This document shows, in pieces, positions 25,333 through 39,576 of a stretch of DNA of 64,000 nt. The stretch comes from Chrysomallon squamiferum (taxonomy: Eukaryota > Animalia > Mollusca), in assembly GCA_012295275.1 (NCBI GenBank), contig CM022679.1:16430001-16494000 (forward strand), written 5' to 3'. The position numbers and the translations under genes are program-made. Each line of letters opens with the position of its first letter. Within the stretch, counting starts at the first letter, position 1. The notes under the pieces are model-generated. The model ran no database searches. It had not been told where the DNA came from and saw only the letters and a program-made list of their open reading frames with translations.

Positions 25333-28300
25333 ATAATAATAATAAAAAAAAAAAAAAAAAATAAAAAAAAAAAAAAAAAAATAAAAATAAATAAACTATA
25401 ATAAGATAAAAATATAACTAACAGACAAAAAAATAGGGTCATTGTGAGGTCAGGACCTTCCAAACCTTTCTCCATTCAGTGCCTAATTAATATCATCCTT
25501 TTCACACTAATGAACAAACTAATGATGTTATAATTCCAATCCTATAAAGCATTTGATTTATAAAACTTTTTTAGTGTGGTCGTATTGGAACGTTTTAACC
25601 CCACCTAACTAAATAAATGCAAATGAGAAATGAGGCGTCTCACGGGTATTTTATTTTTTGTCAGTTCGTTGATTAATTGATCACCATATTGGGTGGAACG
25701 TCCATAATATCGCCCAAAATAAAACAAACACAATGTCAGTGCATTAATGACTCTCCCACGCAAGCCAGGTAGTGTACTGTTCCTTCGATATTTCCGACGT
25801 TAAGTCATTATGGCGACGAGACAGATGATCGATATTCGCATATAATCGGAGAAAACGAAGCGATTAACTTCGGGCAGCTCCGTACTCGGCACATCCGATT
25901 TGGTTGTGTCACTTCCGGCGTTATATACCCTAGTATTACATTAATGAACTGTATGTCGATAGCATATTAAGTTATCTGTTTCCGCGAACACAAAACTGGC
26001 TAAGTTTTTTTTGCCAAATAATAACTGAAAACGAATGTTTAGTTTTATTTTGGAAACTTTGTATGCCTGTCTCTGTTGTATCTCTGTATGAACAAAAGGA
26101 ATAAATATCAGCACGATATGTTTTCTATATTTAACCAATTATAAATTCGATTAGTTTCACTAATATTGCTATGATTAATGGTACTATGAAAAAGATGAAA
26201 GAATGTAATTGGGTGTGAATTATGTTAGTTTATTTTGGGTGTGATGTTTGAAGATTAACACAAATCAAAGATCGGCAAGAACAAACGAGGATTTATCATG
26301 ATTAAAAGTAAAAACGAAGAACGAAGAACATTTCCAACATAAAAATGATACTTCTGTTAAAGTTCGTGTAAGGACATTATTTTTATATTGAATATATATC
26401 TATTTCATATTTGTGTGCGTGTGTGTGTGCGTGCGTGTGTCATAGTTATGAAAATGGAATAATACTTCTTGATCTCTTAGATACACCATGATTATTAATA
26501 GTTGTGAAAAAAAAAAATAATAAGCTTAGATATCTTGAAAGTAATAATTTGTTTTGAAAACAATATAATATTTCTAAATATCGTGATAATTTACAATTTG
26601 TGTTGAAAACAAAATAATACCTTTACCATGATCTAGATAAAATTTTCATCACAATACATTTTAAAGTTTATATACTTGATGAGATAACGTTTAATGTTGG
26701 AATGTGAAATATTTAATCAGTTTAAACACTGTTTATAACAGCATGCATTTTATTTCACAGTTTCTTAAATTCTGAGTGAAATGCTAATCATCGTAATTCC
26801 CTGTCACCAAACTTTATTAAAATCTGATTCTAGTCGGGATTAATGTCTACGTTACGTCTTTCTGAGAATGTGTGGAAGATTTCACTGAAAGTTCTGTGCA
26901 TTTTGTTGTTTTTCCACGGCAGATAATCCTGATCAGTCGGTTACGTTATGGGTAAAGAAAACGATTCTCGTACTTTTACAAAAAGCCACACTCGTCAAAC
27001 ACACACATATATGCTCGCGCATTCGAGATATCAGATGTATGATGGGCTGCAGTAGATTACATTCATCTGTAATCGGTTCAGGACCAGCCACTGAGATAGA
27101 AGTAGAGGTGAAAAGTCAGACACGCTTGTTTCTTAATGAAATATTTATTCTTTACATAACCAATCCCAGCGGCAACATTTTATGAGCTATGACAGATAGC
27201 AAATACGAAAGTAATTTTGAAAATATGACATGTAGTATAGGCATTCGCTATCATCTTGCATGTTTGTGTAGGAGGAGAAAACGGCCGGAATCAATGAATT
27301 ATCGATATCGCCGAATGTTTTACCGTTGCCCCGTCGGGGGCGGAAACCTGGTGGTTTTCTATCAATATCCATATATTTAGCCAATCTGTTTGTTGATTTG
27401 TTATGTTTCAGCTACTGCAAACATCTTGCAGATCTCTAGATAGCTCCGTTATTCCTGGGATGCTTGCTAAATTACCACCAACTGCAGATGTCTTTGTTTT
27501 GCTTCAGGTAGGTGTTTAATCTCCTGTTTGAAGAAACACCTTCATTCATTTACCGTTAACAATTATTAGGTGTGAAAACAGGATGAAATGCAGCTTCATC
27601 GTTAGTTTATATATCAGCGTGAGTATCGCTGTTCAAGACTTCATGATTGACTGATGTGATAGACATATAATAACATTAATATAGCTAATAACTGCTTATT
27701 GAGAAGTGAATTATTTTAATATAGAAATATTTCTATTTGTTATGGCAACCATTCAGCAACACACCAAGAACAGAAAATATTATGTTGAATGAGTTTAATA
27801 GAGAGATGTAGTTAGATAGATATATGGACAGATATAGAGAAAGGTAGACAGAGAGACAGGTAGATATAATTAGATATTCAGATTGATGTTATGTTTTCTC
27901 TGTTATACAGTTCTTGCTGCCGCATTACTTTTATTTATTTTCATAATATTGTTAATCATTGTCAGTTAATTTTCACAACCTCAAAATATATTTAAAAAAA
28001 AGTTCATTAGTAATACAAATGCTTGCTGTAAATTAGCGTTTCTCTATGGTGTTACGAGTTAAAAATATTCATTATAAGATGGTAAAAATAAAATAACAAC
28101 AGTAGCTGCAGCGATAGAAAAGACAACATGTAAACAACAGTAACGAAACAAGGAAAAAGAAGTACTTGCTCCAGTCTGTCGCTGTAAATATTTTAGGAAC
28201 CTAGAATTATTACAGTTGTGATATTTATTTAACCACTTATATGCGGATTCTTCTTCATTTTCTTCTTCTTCTACTTTTTCTTCTTGTTATTATTTATTAT

Positions 28301-31080
28301 TATTATTTATTTTTTTTTTTTTTATTTTTTTTTTTTTAATATGACTTAGGCTTTTTCATTATAATGAAAATGATTTCATGTTAAAAGTTATATTCAAATA
28401 ATGCCGCTCCTTCCTTTACTAAAGTCCCGTATCCGTTATTGTTAGGTCTACCGCCCCCTTGTTTCAAAAACAAAGAGAAAACACAGATGTACAACTTTTA
28501 TATACATTCCCTATTAATGTTCCGACAGAAATAGTAAGATCATGTCACGTGACTGTCACCTTTTTCACAGCTGATTATCGTCACAGTCACACAACCTAGA
28601 GTTAACCTTGCGAACCCTTTAAGATATTCTGTTTATGTCTTATCATTTTCTATTACTATGATTACATAATGCTCCTAGAGTTTTAAAGTTCGCAATATCC
28701 CAAAATAGAAACATGAAAAATCCCCCCAGAAATAATTCGATAATTTCTATTTTTAACAATACTATATTGGGTGGTTACACACAGTCAATCCACCACGCGT
28801 TAATGCAAACAATTGCGAGATTTGATGAAATTACTTTAATAGTCATTTCGTGAAAAGCATGACACATCGTTCACCTTGTTCAGTAAGTATACTTTTAATC
28901 TTTTTATTTTTATATTCTGATGTTTAAGAAATTAATTTTTATTACTGGAAAGGGAAAGAATCGGGAGTCTCTGTGTGTTAACTGTATTTATACTAATTTT
29001 AGATCAAATTCCACCGTTGATATCAATAAACAACCACTAATAATACCAGAACTAGAATACTGCATGTAAGCCGGTAATGACGCTACGATATTTTTCCAGT
29101 AACGGATCAGTGGTTTCAAAACCCTTGAATACATTACAGACTACCAGTGCTTTAAAACAGTTTCAAATCACTAAAACCATAAAAACTTTGAAGATGTGGT
29201 TTAACTTGGGAACATCTTCACAGGTCTCCGTTCTTGAACAACAACGAGATCGTGGACGTTTCCACACATGTATAAACATTGGCGTGATTCCTCGGAACAG
29301 ACTTTATGGGTCTGCAAGCTGGCTGCGGGTACCAACCTCATCAGCGGAGAAAACTGAGACCACGCGCGTTTTATTTTCAATAAACAACAACAAACAAATA
29401 AAAACAAAGATGTCGTAAATAGCCTGTGTTCCTCTTTCTTTCTCTTCTCTTTCTCCCTTTCCCTTTCTCTTTCTATCTCTATCTCTTATTCTGTCTTTTT
29501 CTCTCTTTCACTATCTGTGTAACTGGTGTAAAAGAGGCAGTGGTTTGTTTGAGTTATCCTCACTGTGAAATACTGAGTATAAAAGATTCCTTGCTGATAA
29601 TCGCTTTTTCTTTATGTGAATAATCATTTACTTACATGTCATAGTTATAACTGTAAATAAACTAACCTAAATACGTCGTTAAATATTTCCTTCCTTCCTT
29701 TCTTTCCCTGTCTCTCTTTGTCTCTCATTATATCACTCTCCGCTCTGTCTCTGTCTGCCTGTCTCTATGACTCTGTATAGCTGTGCCTGTCTGTCTCTCT
29801 GTCAGGCTGTCTGTCTCTGTCTGTCTGTCTGTCTCTCTTTCTTTCTCTGACTGTCTCCCTCTTTTTTCTACCCTTGTCTTTGTGTGGCGAATGTGTGTGT
29901 ATTTTTTGTACATTCTGGCTGGGTGGTATTGTATCCAGTAACACGTTCCACGTCAGTTCATTACATCTAGTTAACGCCGAGCCCAGTGAGTCGTGATTAC
30001 ACTATCCTTAAGACAAGATTTAAAAAAGATTTGTCTCGACTGATGACAGGCTTAAGGTGTTTGAAGTCACACTCTTTACAATGACCAAGATCAGACTTCT
30101 GGAATTTAAACACATTCCTAGCGTCGCCAACGCGTGTAAAATACCAACACGAATCTAATTTTGAAATAGAAATTGAGAATGAATTAAATCACACCGACTA
30201 AAAAAAAAAAAGTAAAAAAAAAAAGAGACTTGTTTGTCCTGAGATCAAAACTTCCTCCACACCCGAGTTAAGTATAAATTTGAGAATGCAGCATGTCGAG
30301 CGAATACCGAATTTTAATTTTATTTGTGGTTAGATTTCTAACACTACTACCATGATTTTTTTCTAGGTTTTTCTTGAGAGGAATGTTGTTTACGTTTTGT
30401 GAACTACCGGGTACCCAGTAACTGTTGGTAAGAAACGTTTTATACAGATAAATTAGACTCTCTCTAGTCTATTTTTTCTTCTTATGAAAACAAACAGACA
30501 GACAGACAAATAGACGTTTTTAATTGATAATAATATAATTCTGTTCTATATACAATTTTATTTCGGGGTATAAGAACATAAGAATTTTCCAGTATTAACT
30601 TTATCAGTATTAATCTGGACTCGTGGAAAGAAAAATAATAAAAAATTAAAAAGCATATAATGTGGAAATTATAATAATATTTTGAATGAGGGAAACTTAT
30701 TACTGTCAAATAAAATTATTTTTTGTCTTTGCAGTACTTATGTTTATACCGTCAATTAAAATATTAATTACACAGTACATATTTTTTGTTCAGATCTCTG
30801 TAAACAGTGGTGTTTTTTGTTATGCCATTTAACGCACTCACCCAGTCAAACGATGATTTAAAATATTATGTAATAGAACAGCGTCAGTAAAAAATAAATA
30901 TAACAATACGCATGTGAAATAATACTGGACAGCGAACTGAGGGAGATTTGGACACAATTTGTAGAAAATAGCAAATTAGATGATTTTATTTATCTTTTAT
31001 TTTATTTGCAAACCTGTTTTTTTCTCTTTTCCATTTTTGGTTATTTCTTCTTATTATTATCATACAGTCTTCTACATATT

Positions 31081-31115
<35 letters not shown>

Positions 31116-32753
31116 TTAATTTATTCATTTATTTATTTTATTTACTTAATTATTTTCTTACCTCTTTATTCCATAAGCGGAATTTTCAAACTGAAGTACA
31201 TCATGTACTGTTAGTGTAATAAAGTTCCTTTTGTTTCGCTATGTTGGACTTGAACCGTTCCTAAAACAGAAAGGAAATATGCGTTGTCATAACCTGTTTC
31301 ATGATGTGTCAGGAATGCTGCTTGCAAACTGTATTGATCACAGCAACACTAGATGAAAATTAGTATTATTTTTTTAAATTTGATTTGGCTTGAAGAAAAA
31401 ATAAAATAAAATAAAAAGATAATTTATTTCAAGAAACAATTGTGGAGGTGGACGGGCAAATTACATTTTTGTCTCACTTTTCAAAAATTGGAGAGGATTA
31501 AAGCCCGTGACTAGTATTAATACAGTTACTGCTTCTATAGCAACAGCTACCACAACAGCTCTGTTATTCAGTTACATTTATGACATCTGTTGTTATCATT
31601 TCAGTCCGTTTATTATTTTTCTGTCTTTATATATATGTCTATGTATGTATATGTTTATGTATATGCATATGTAATGTTTATGTATATGCATATGTAATGT
31701 AGATGTAGATGCATACATATATATATATGTACCTATGTATGTTTGTGCGTATGTACCTATATCTATGAATATCTGGATGTACAGATGGATGAATGAATGG
31801 ATATATTGGTATATGGATGTATATAGTATGTATACATATATGCATGTATATATGTGTGTGTGATTTGTGTGTGCGTATATTATGTATTCATGTGTGTGTG
31901 TTAATCTGTGTACCCGTTTGTATGCCTGTGTGTGGTACGAATGAATGCAGTTAAATATACTGCTATCATTTTTCCCTTCCCTTTCTTTTTAAAAAATAAA
32001 AATAACATAAATAATAATAATTCACCATCAGCTATCAAATTTTTGTTTTCTGTGAGAAATTAGAGACGAAGTAATTAAGGTATCACCCTCCATCTCACAA
32101 CGAAACCAATTACGTCGTGTCTCACCACAACCCCTCTTCCATTTCGCCCTACCCATCCAGCCAATTCTTCTAGTGTGTCGCCCACCCACCGACGCCTGTC
32201 TCCTGCACTAGCGGGCAGTTCACAGTCACAGAGTTTTAAGCTATGAACATTAAACATGAAGTCAGACCAGCTGCTATCAGAATTATAAGAACGAGGAGGC
32301 CACTTGAGGTGTTAGCACTAATTTCCTTATGGCGTTGCGTGCAGACAAAAAGCCAAACAACGCATAACACAATGCATTCTTACCGGGGGTGAATAAAAAT
32401 GTAAAAAATTTCAAAATTTTAATCCCCGCATTCTTTTAACGCCTAGAGGGGACCCCCTTGATGATTGCCGTAAATGAATTATGTAGACTGGGTGCGTGGA
32501 AATAATTTTTTTCTGTACTATCAGGGGTAAATAGGATTTAGCTTTGGGACAGATTGTCTGGCTTTTGTGTCACAGATCACAATATCTATCTCAATCAGCA
32601 GATTTTCTTTCTTTCTTTCTATTGTAGTTAAGTCTCCATTCGAAGGTGTAATGAGTGCTGAGTGTAAATAATATCATGTCTGAAGAATAATTATATAGAA
32701 AACTGTAATAGTTTATTACCTACTAAAACGAAACATAAATAATCACAGTGTGT

Positions 32754-32795
<42 letters not shown>

Positions 32796-32864
32796 ATATG
32801 AGTATGTGTATGCGTATTTATAAAAGTGCACTACCAATGCAAACAAAATAAATTAGCAGATATG

Positions 32865-32925
<61 letters not shown>

Positions 32926-34234
32926 TGATGATAATACTCTTACTAATAAAAACATGTTTTGTTTTATGTGTAGATTTTAGCATCTTTCTATTAATTTATT
33001 TCTCTGTCTGAAACTACCACATCATGATTAAACACACACAAACACAATCACACACACGAATGTCAATTAAGTGAATCGAAAACAACGATATTAATAATGT
33101 TATTATAAAGAAAACGAAATGATATTTATTCAAATTGAAAACATTAATAGTAATTTGTTTTGTTTTGTTTTTTTAAATTCAGATATATCAATCACTCAGT
33201 CAATTTAAAACGAACATTATTCATCTGAATGTGGAACATGTGTTGCTCAGAAGAAGAGATAACAGATTCACTGAATACAAAACAAATTAACTGAGAATAG
33301 TCATAACAGCAAGGTAAGCAGTTTGAAGTTTTATACTTGTTTATTTAAGTTGCAGGATCGAAAAACAGAAAAAGAAAAAAGAGTAGTCTGAGTATTGTAA
33401 TGCAAATAACGTCCACGATTAAATAAACTTAACTATATCAAAATTACGACAACATTAAAAACAACAGCAGCAGCAACAACAACAACAACAACAACAATAA
33501 CAACAACAGTAATAATAAAACTGCAAAAAAGAACTATTACGGGTGTGAGTGAAGGACCAGAGCGTACCCAATATTTGAAGATATTTTGACCAAACATATT
33601 TTGCTCGATTCAGGGTGTTGTTTCATTTATTCCTGAGTATTATTTTAAGCAAATACAAATATAGAAAAATAATAAATAATAATCTGTAGAACCTGTCTTT
33701 CTCTCTGAAAAACAAAAACAAAACAAACAAACAAATGAACGAACAAACAAACAAACAAAAAATAAAGAAATAAATAAAGAAAAGAGAAAATAGAAAAAGA
33801 ATAAATAATAATAATAAAAAAAAAACTCTGCGTGCAGTAAAACAAATACAATATTATTTTGAAATATACAAAATATATTTATTCAATTAGAATAAAAATA
33901 CACTTTAGCGAATGCATTATATATTTATGGATGTTATACATCATAGAGTCAAACAAAATATGTGAACCGTTAAAAATGTTGGTATGCATTCCTTCTTTTT
34001 TCTTTTTAAAAAGAAGGAAATAACTGCAACAACGGTGTGTTCAGTATAAAAAGAATTAAATTACCGTAAAAGAATTTACATTATTTTGCAAATGGCAGTA
34101 AGAAAATACATGAAGAATGAAAAATTTATTATCGAAATTGTAGTCTTGATCCTGAGACAAGAATTTTACAAAAAAACAAAAAAAAAACAAAAAAAAAAAA
34201 TAGAACGAAGACTATATCATATTAAAAACGTATT

Positions 34235-34315
<81 letters not shown>

Positions 34316-34839
34316 ATGAAGGTAGACAGGTCAGCTGGTACTAGATCCCAATTATAGGTGGAATCTCAGTTCTTCTTTATGGCTCAGATTCACATTCCGT
34401 TTATTTGACAAAAAACAGTTTTTAATTAACCTTATAATGTAAGACAGACGAAGGGGAGGTCACTATTTGTCAACTATTTTTCAAAAGCTTTGTGTTGTCT
34501 GTTTTTTATAAGATGTCTTGTGTAATTCTGTCTTTATGCAAAGATAACGTTAGTACGAACAAGTAAATCAAATGCTAATTAAGTGTTAATACATTTACGT
34601 GTTCAAATGAAGGACAAAAAAAAAAAAATTAAATAAAAAATAATGCCATGCATAACGATTCTTACAAGCATGTACAGTAAATGGCGACCTAGAACAAAGA
34701 TTAAAATGTCTCTGAGCAAACCGCATTCTTAAATAACAAAACAAAACTGAGTTAAAGACTACACACTATTTTTAAATATTCTTAAAAAGAAATATAATTC
34801 AGATGACAAATATATATCTCTGTAAAAGACACTATTTAC

Positions 34840-34976
34840 CAATACTCCTACCACTATTACTACTTCTGCTACTATTACTACTACTCTTACTACTGCTATT
34901 ACTATTACTGCTACTACCTCTACTACCTCAACTACTACTATAGCTATTAGTAATCCTACTACTACTACTAGTATTG

Positions 34977-35013
<37 letters not shown>

Positions 35014-35162
35014 CACTACTACTACTACTACTACTACCATACCACTACTATTGCTACTGGTACTACTCCTATTACTACTAGGATTGCAACTACTACAACT
35101 AGTACTATAATTAGTATTGCCACTACTACTACTACTGCTACTACTACTACTACCACTACTAT

Positions 35163-35207
<45 letters not shown>

Positions 35208-35352
35208 CACTATTACCACTACTATTGCTACTAGTACTACTACTACTATTAGTACTACTGCTACTACTACTACTATCAGTACTAATACTACTAGTATTGC
35301 TACTACTACTACTATTGCCACTACTATTACTATTGGTAGTACTATTCTGCTA
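34840..35352. repeat. Degenerate (ACT)n trinucleotide tract
   Basis: Visible directly, and the source of the poly-Val and poly-Leu spurious ORFs. Confidence 0.95.
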
Positions 35353-36257
35353 CCGGTAACATACAGTTTACTCTGTACTACAACCCTCGTTTCATTTTTT
35401 CAAAACAACAAAGTTTTCTGCTTTTTCTAAATCCCAACTTAAAAAAAAAAAAAAAAAAAAAAATCGTTTTTCTTTCTCTTCATCTCCAAGCCCCAATCTA
35501 AATAATCAATTCACTCAACTATTAAATGAGCAAACAACGAACTTCTAAATATGCTCCCTTAGTCACTGTTCTTGAATCTCAATTGTACACTAGCACGAAC
35601 ATAAGCTGCGGACAAATTATGGAACAAAATGAAGTTTGAAATGAAAGAAGCGAGAAGTAAAGGGAGACGTCCAAGATAAATTAATGGCTTCAGAAAAAAA
35701 CGAAGATGGAAACTGGAGATATAGCATACGCCATATAATGGGATAAGTAGATGTTGTTTATGATGTTTATCTACCTGATATATTGGCAAATCTGATGATT
35801 GCAATTTTAACTTCTTTCTTTTTTCTCTCCCACTTTTGCTCCGAGCATGCGCATAAGTATAAAGCAAATGGCAGACGATTGCTATTGTTTTCAAAGACAG
35901 CAAATGTTTTTCCAGAGCTGTGTGGTATGTTTTAGCTTTGTTTACACTAACAATCACATATCCGATTTCAGAAACACCACAGGGGCCAACGAGTGCTAAT
36001 TTTGGTGAAATATTTAAATACTGATCCAAAAGATAACAGTATAGTAGGGGAGAAAAAAGGCTAAAGCAGAATTTTTTATGTCAAAAAATACAAAAAAGAA
36101 ATAACATAATTTATCTACTTTAATAAAGAAAGAAATTATTTTGTGATAACTTTTTCCTAATATACTGTGTAGATAATCATAATATATTCAGTTTATTATT
36201 ATTTTTGTTTTGGCTTCGTATTATTACGCTGGCTTCGTGTTAGTACTGTGACTTCGT

Positions 36258-36290
<33 letters not shown>

Positions 36291-37558
36291 ATTATTATTA
36301 TTATTTTATTTTATTTATTTTTTTAACTCAATAAAGTATCTGTGTTTAAACATGTACAGGTATTATGTAATCCCAGACTATAAAAATGTGATAAATTTTG
36401 CTGTTAGTAAATAAAACTAAACGATTTATGTCAGACGTATATGGAAGAAATTTAAAAACAGAAGGTTTATTAAATAATGTGCTGTAATATTTTTTAACAG
36501 ATAATGAATATTAAACATTTTCTCACTTTTATTTAAAAAAAAAAAAAAATGAAAGAAAGAAAAAGGAACTGAGTGTGAAAACAGTTGGTTTAGGTTAAAT
36601 TCAACAGACAAACCACTAACTTGTATGTGGTTGAAAGCGGTAGACGAGTCAGATATTTTAAATGACATAAGACCGATAAAACGCTGTAGGAGCCGAAGTG
36701 CAAATTGATGTTGGATGCCAGATTACCGAAACTTCAAAGCCGACGTATTGTCATTATTTACAACGTTTTGAGCGTAAGACAAAATAATTGCCATCAAATA
36801 TGTACAGCTGTTTCACACCTCGCCAACAAAATGAGAAAGAAGAAAAAAAAAAAAAATCTACCGCATCTCTTTTGTTAACAATTTAGAAAAACTAAAAACC
36901 AAACCACCCATCTACGTTCGCGCCATTGCTACCAAGATTTACAAGTCTGATATACGGGCTCTGAATTTTCCACGTTAATCGGTCACAGCAAATCAAAATG
37001 GAATCGACGCTTGAACGTTATGTGGGCCAAATTTGCTCCTTTGATATATATATTTTTTTTTTTTTTTCGTGAAGGTTTATTTTTCTTGTTTTTTTCGCGC
37101 TTTCCCAGCAGGTAATAATTTGTCTGACGATTCTGAAATGTTGTCGGTAACAAGACAAATTGTTGGAGTGTGACTACGTTGCATGAATGATGTTCAGGCA
37201 GACGTCAATCGACCCGCGGGAAGAATAGTCAGAGGTTTACATTACTCAGCGGGTTCCCGACCTGGCTGGCGCCTCCTTACTGATACCCACCTGCTGAAGA
37301 TTCGTCTCGAAACCTTCTCGCAGACTGGGTCTCGGGATGTACCAGGCAAGGTTTCCTGGTGCAGAACACGTAATCCGAGCACGTGGTGGATAACACTTTG
37401 CTGAATTACTTCTTGAAAAGAAAGCGAATGGAAGAAAAACAAAATGCTTTCAGGAAACAGATTTAATAAGAAATGAAGAAACCAGTTACGACTTGATGGA
37501 CAAACAAATACAATAAATCACCTCGTTTCGTTTTGTTATTATTTGACTAACAGTTTGA

Positions 37559-38388
37559 AAGTCAGGGTATTGATACGAAGTCAGGGTAACGATGCGAAGC
37601 CAGCGTAATAAAACGAAGTCAGGGTATTGATGCGAAGCCAGCGTAATAATACCAAGTCAGGGTATTGATGCGAAGCCAGCGTAATAATACCAAGTCAGGG
37701 TATTGATGCGAAGTCAGGGTATTGATGCGAAGCCAGCGTAATAATACCAAGTCAGGGTATTGATGCGAAGCCAGCGTAATAAAACGAAGTCAGGGTATTG
37801 ATGCGAAGCCAGCGTAATAAAACGAAGTCAGGGTATTGATGCGAACCCAGCGGAATAATACCAAGTCAGGGTATTGATGCGAAGTCAGGGTATTGATGCG
37901 AAGCCAGCGTAATAAAACGAAGTCAGGGTAACGATGCGAAGCCAGCGTAATAATACCAAGTCAGGGTATTGATGCGAAGCCAGCGTAATAAAACGAAGTC
38001 AGGGTAACGATGCGAAGCCAGCGTAATAATACCAAGTCAGGGTATTGATGCGAAGCCAGCGTAATAATACCAAGTCTGGGTATTGATGCGAAGCCAGCGT
38101 AATAATACCAAGTCTGGGTATTGATGCGAAGCCAGCGTAATAATACCAAGTCTGGGTATTGATGCGAAGCCAGCGTAATAATACCAAGTCAGGGTAACGA
38201 TGCGAAGCCAGCGTAATAATACAAAGTCAGGGTATTGATGCGAAGCCAGCGTAATAATACCAAGTCTGGGTATTGATGCGAAGCCAGCGTAATAATACCA
38301 AGTCTGGGTATTGATGCGAAGCTAGCGGAATAATACAAAGTCAGGGTATTGATGCGAAGCTAGCGGAATAATACAAAGTCAGGGTACT
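37559..38388. repeat. Minisatellite with a 38-bp unit built from two related 19-mers
   Basis: Unit aagtcagggtattgatgcg + aagccagcgtaataatacc, repeated about 20 times, with occasional units lacking the second half. Confidence 0.97.
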
Positions 38389-39345
38389 GCATTTATTGAA
38401 ACATTTTCATTGTTAATTTTTCATAATAAGAAATGTTTTTACATTTCAGAAAGCTCCGATTTTTAAATTCTTTTTTCGAACAGAACATCTGATCATATCT
38501 AGATATATCACTCAAAGAATATTTCTTTGTTGATACGAAGCTTATTTTTGGGAAAATACTTTTATTAAGTGTCAGCACTGCATCTGTGATAAAGATGATA
38601 CAGAGAACAAAAATTCGCTTTTGTCAATCACTGAGTTACTCTTACTGATTAGCAACAAGGATTTTTTTTAATATGCACCTTCCCACAGACTCCAGAAATT
38701 TTTTCTGTTTTATATAGTAGCAATTTTCTTAATTTCTTCTTTGTCTTTTAATTTTTATTTATTATTCTTTTGTTAAGATAATATTATTTATTAAATATGA
38801 TAAAATGTTTTTGATCTTTTTGAAATTAGAACAACTTTTGAAACTCATTATTTTTCTTCTTCTACTGTTGCATTAGGATTGTATAAATAACGTTTTGATG
38901 TAGTTTATCACTTTAATGCGTATGTGTTTATTTAATTTTTATTATATTACTCTGCTACCTTTATATTTAATCGTGAGTTAATGCAGCCAATTTCATGAGA
39001 TTTATTACACATTTTCATGAGTGTTTAGACTAAATTGGAAAGTTGCAAGATGGTTTTGATTAATAACAGATTTAATATATTGTTACTGCCAGCTTACCGC
39101 AGCCAGTGAAACATTTGTTTTTATATTTTATTATTTTTACTGAAGATCATACATACGTAATATTCAGTTTATATTATCAATGAACCAATACTAAATGAAA
39201 ACAAGGCTATAAATCAGTTATTTTTCACTGATATTTAACTGCAGAACGCTTTTTTTTTGGACTTAGAGCTAATGAAAAAGTAAATCCAGATGTGAAGTTT
39301 GAATCCGCTTCCTTGTATTAGAGATCTCACAGAGCGATGCGTGGC

Positions 39346-39576
39346 ACACACCCACCCACCCACCCACCCCCACACACATACACAAACACACCCACACCCA
39401 CACCCACACACACACACACACACACACACTTATACCAACATACACAAACACACATACATATACACATATACACACACACACATACTCATACCAACATACA
39501 CAAACACACACACACACATACACACACACATATACACACACATATACACACACATACACAAACACACATATATACA
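39346..39576. repeat. Degenerate (CA)n tract
   Basis: Visible directly. Purer (CA/TG)n runs lie at about 32747-32794, 43188-43244, 52435-52532, 55434-55497 and 57939-57990. Confidence 0.93.

Noticed and set aside
35559-36029. 156-aa minus-strand ORF
   Set aside because: Non-ATG start, no recognisable motif, and no convincing splice-site pair. Probably a chance ORF, though a database search would be needed to exclude it fully.
37559-38388. CRISPR-like appearance of the 38-bp array
   Set aside because: The units are directly tandem with no unique spacers, there are no cas genes, and the context is eukaryotic.
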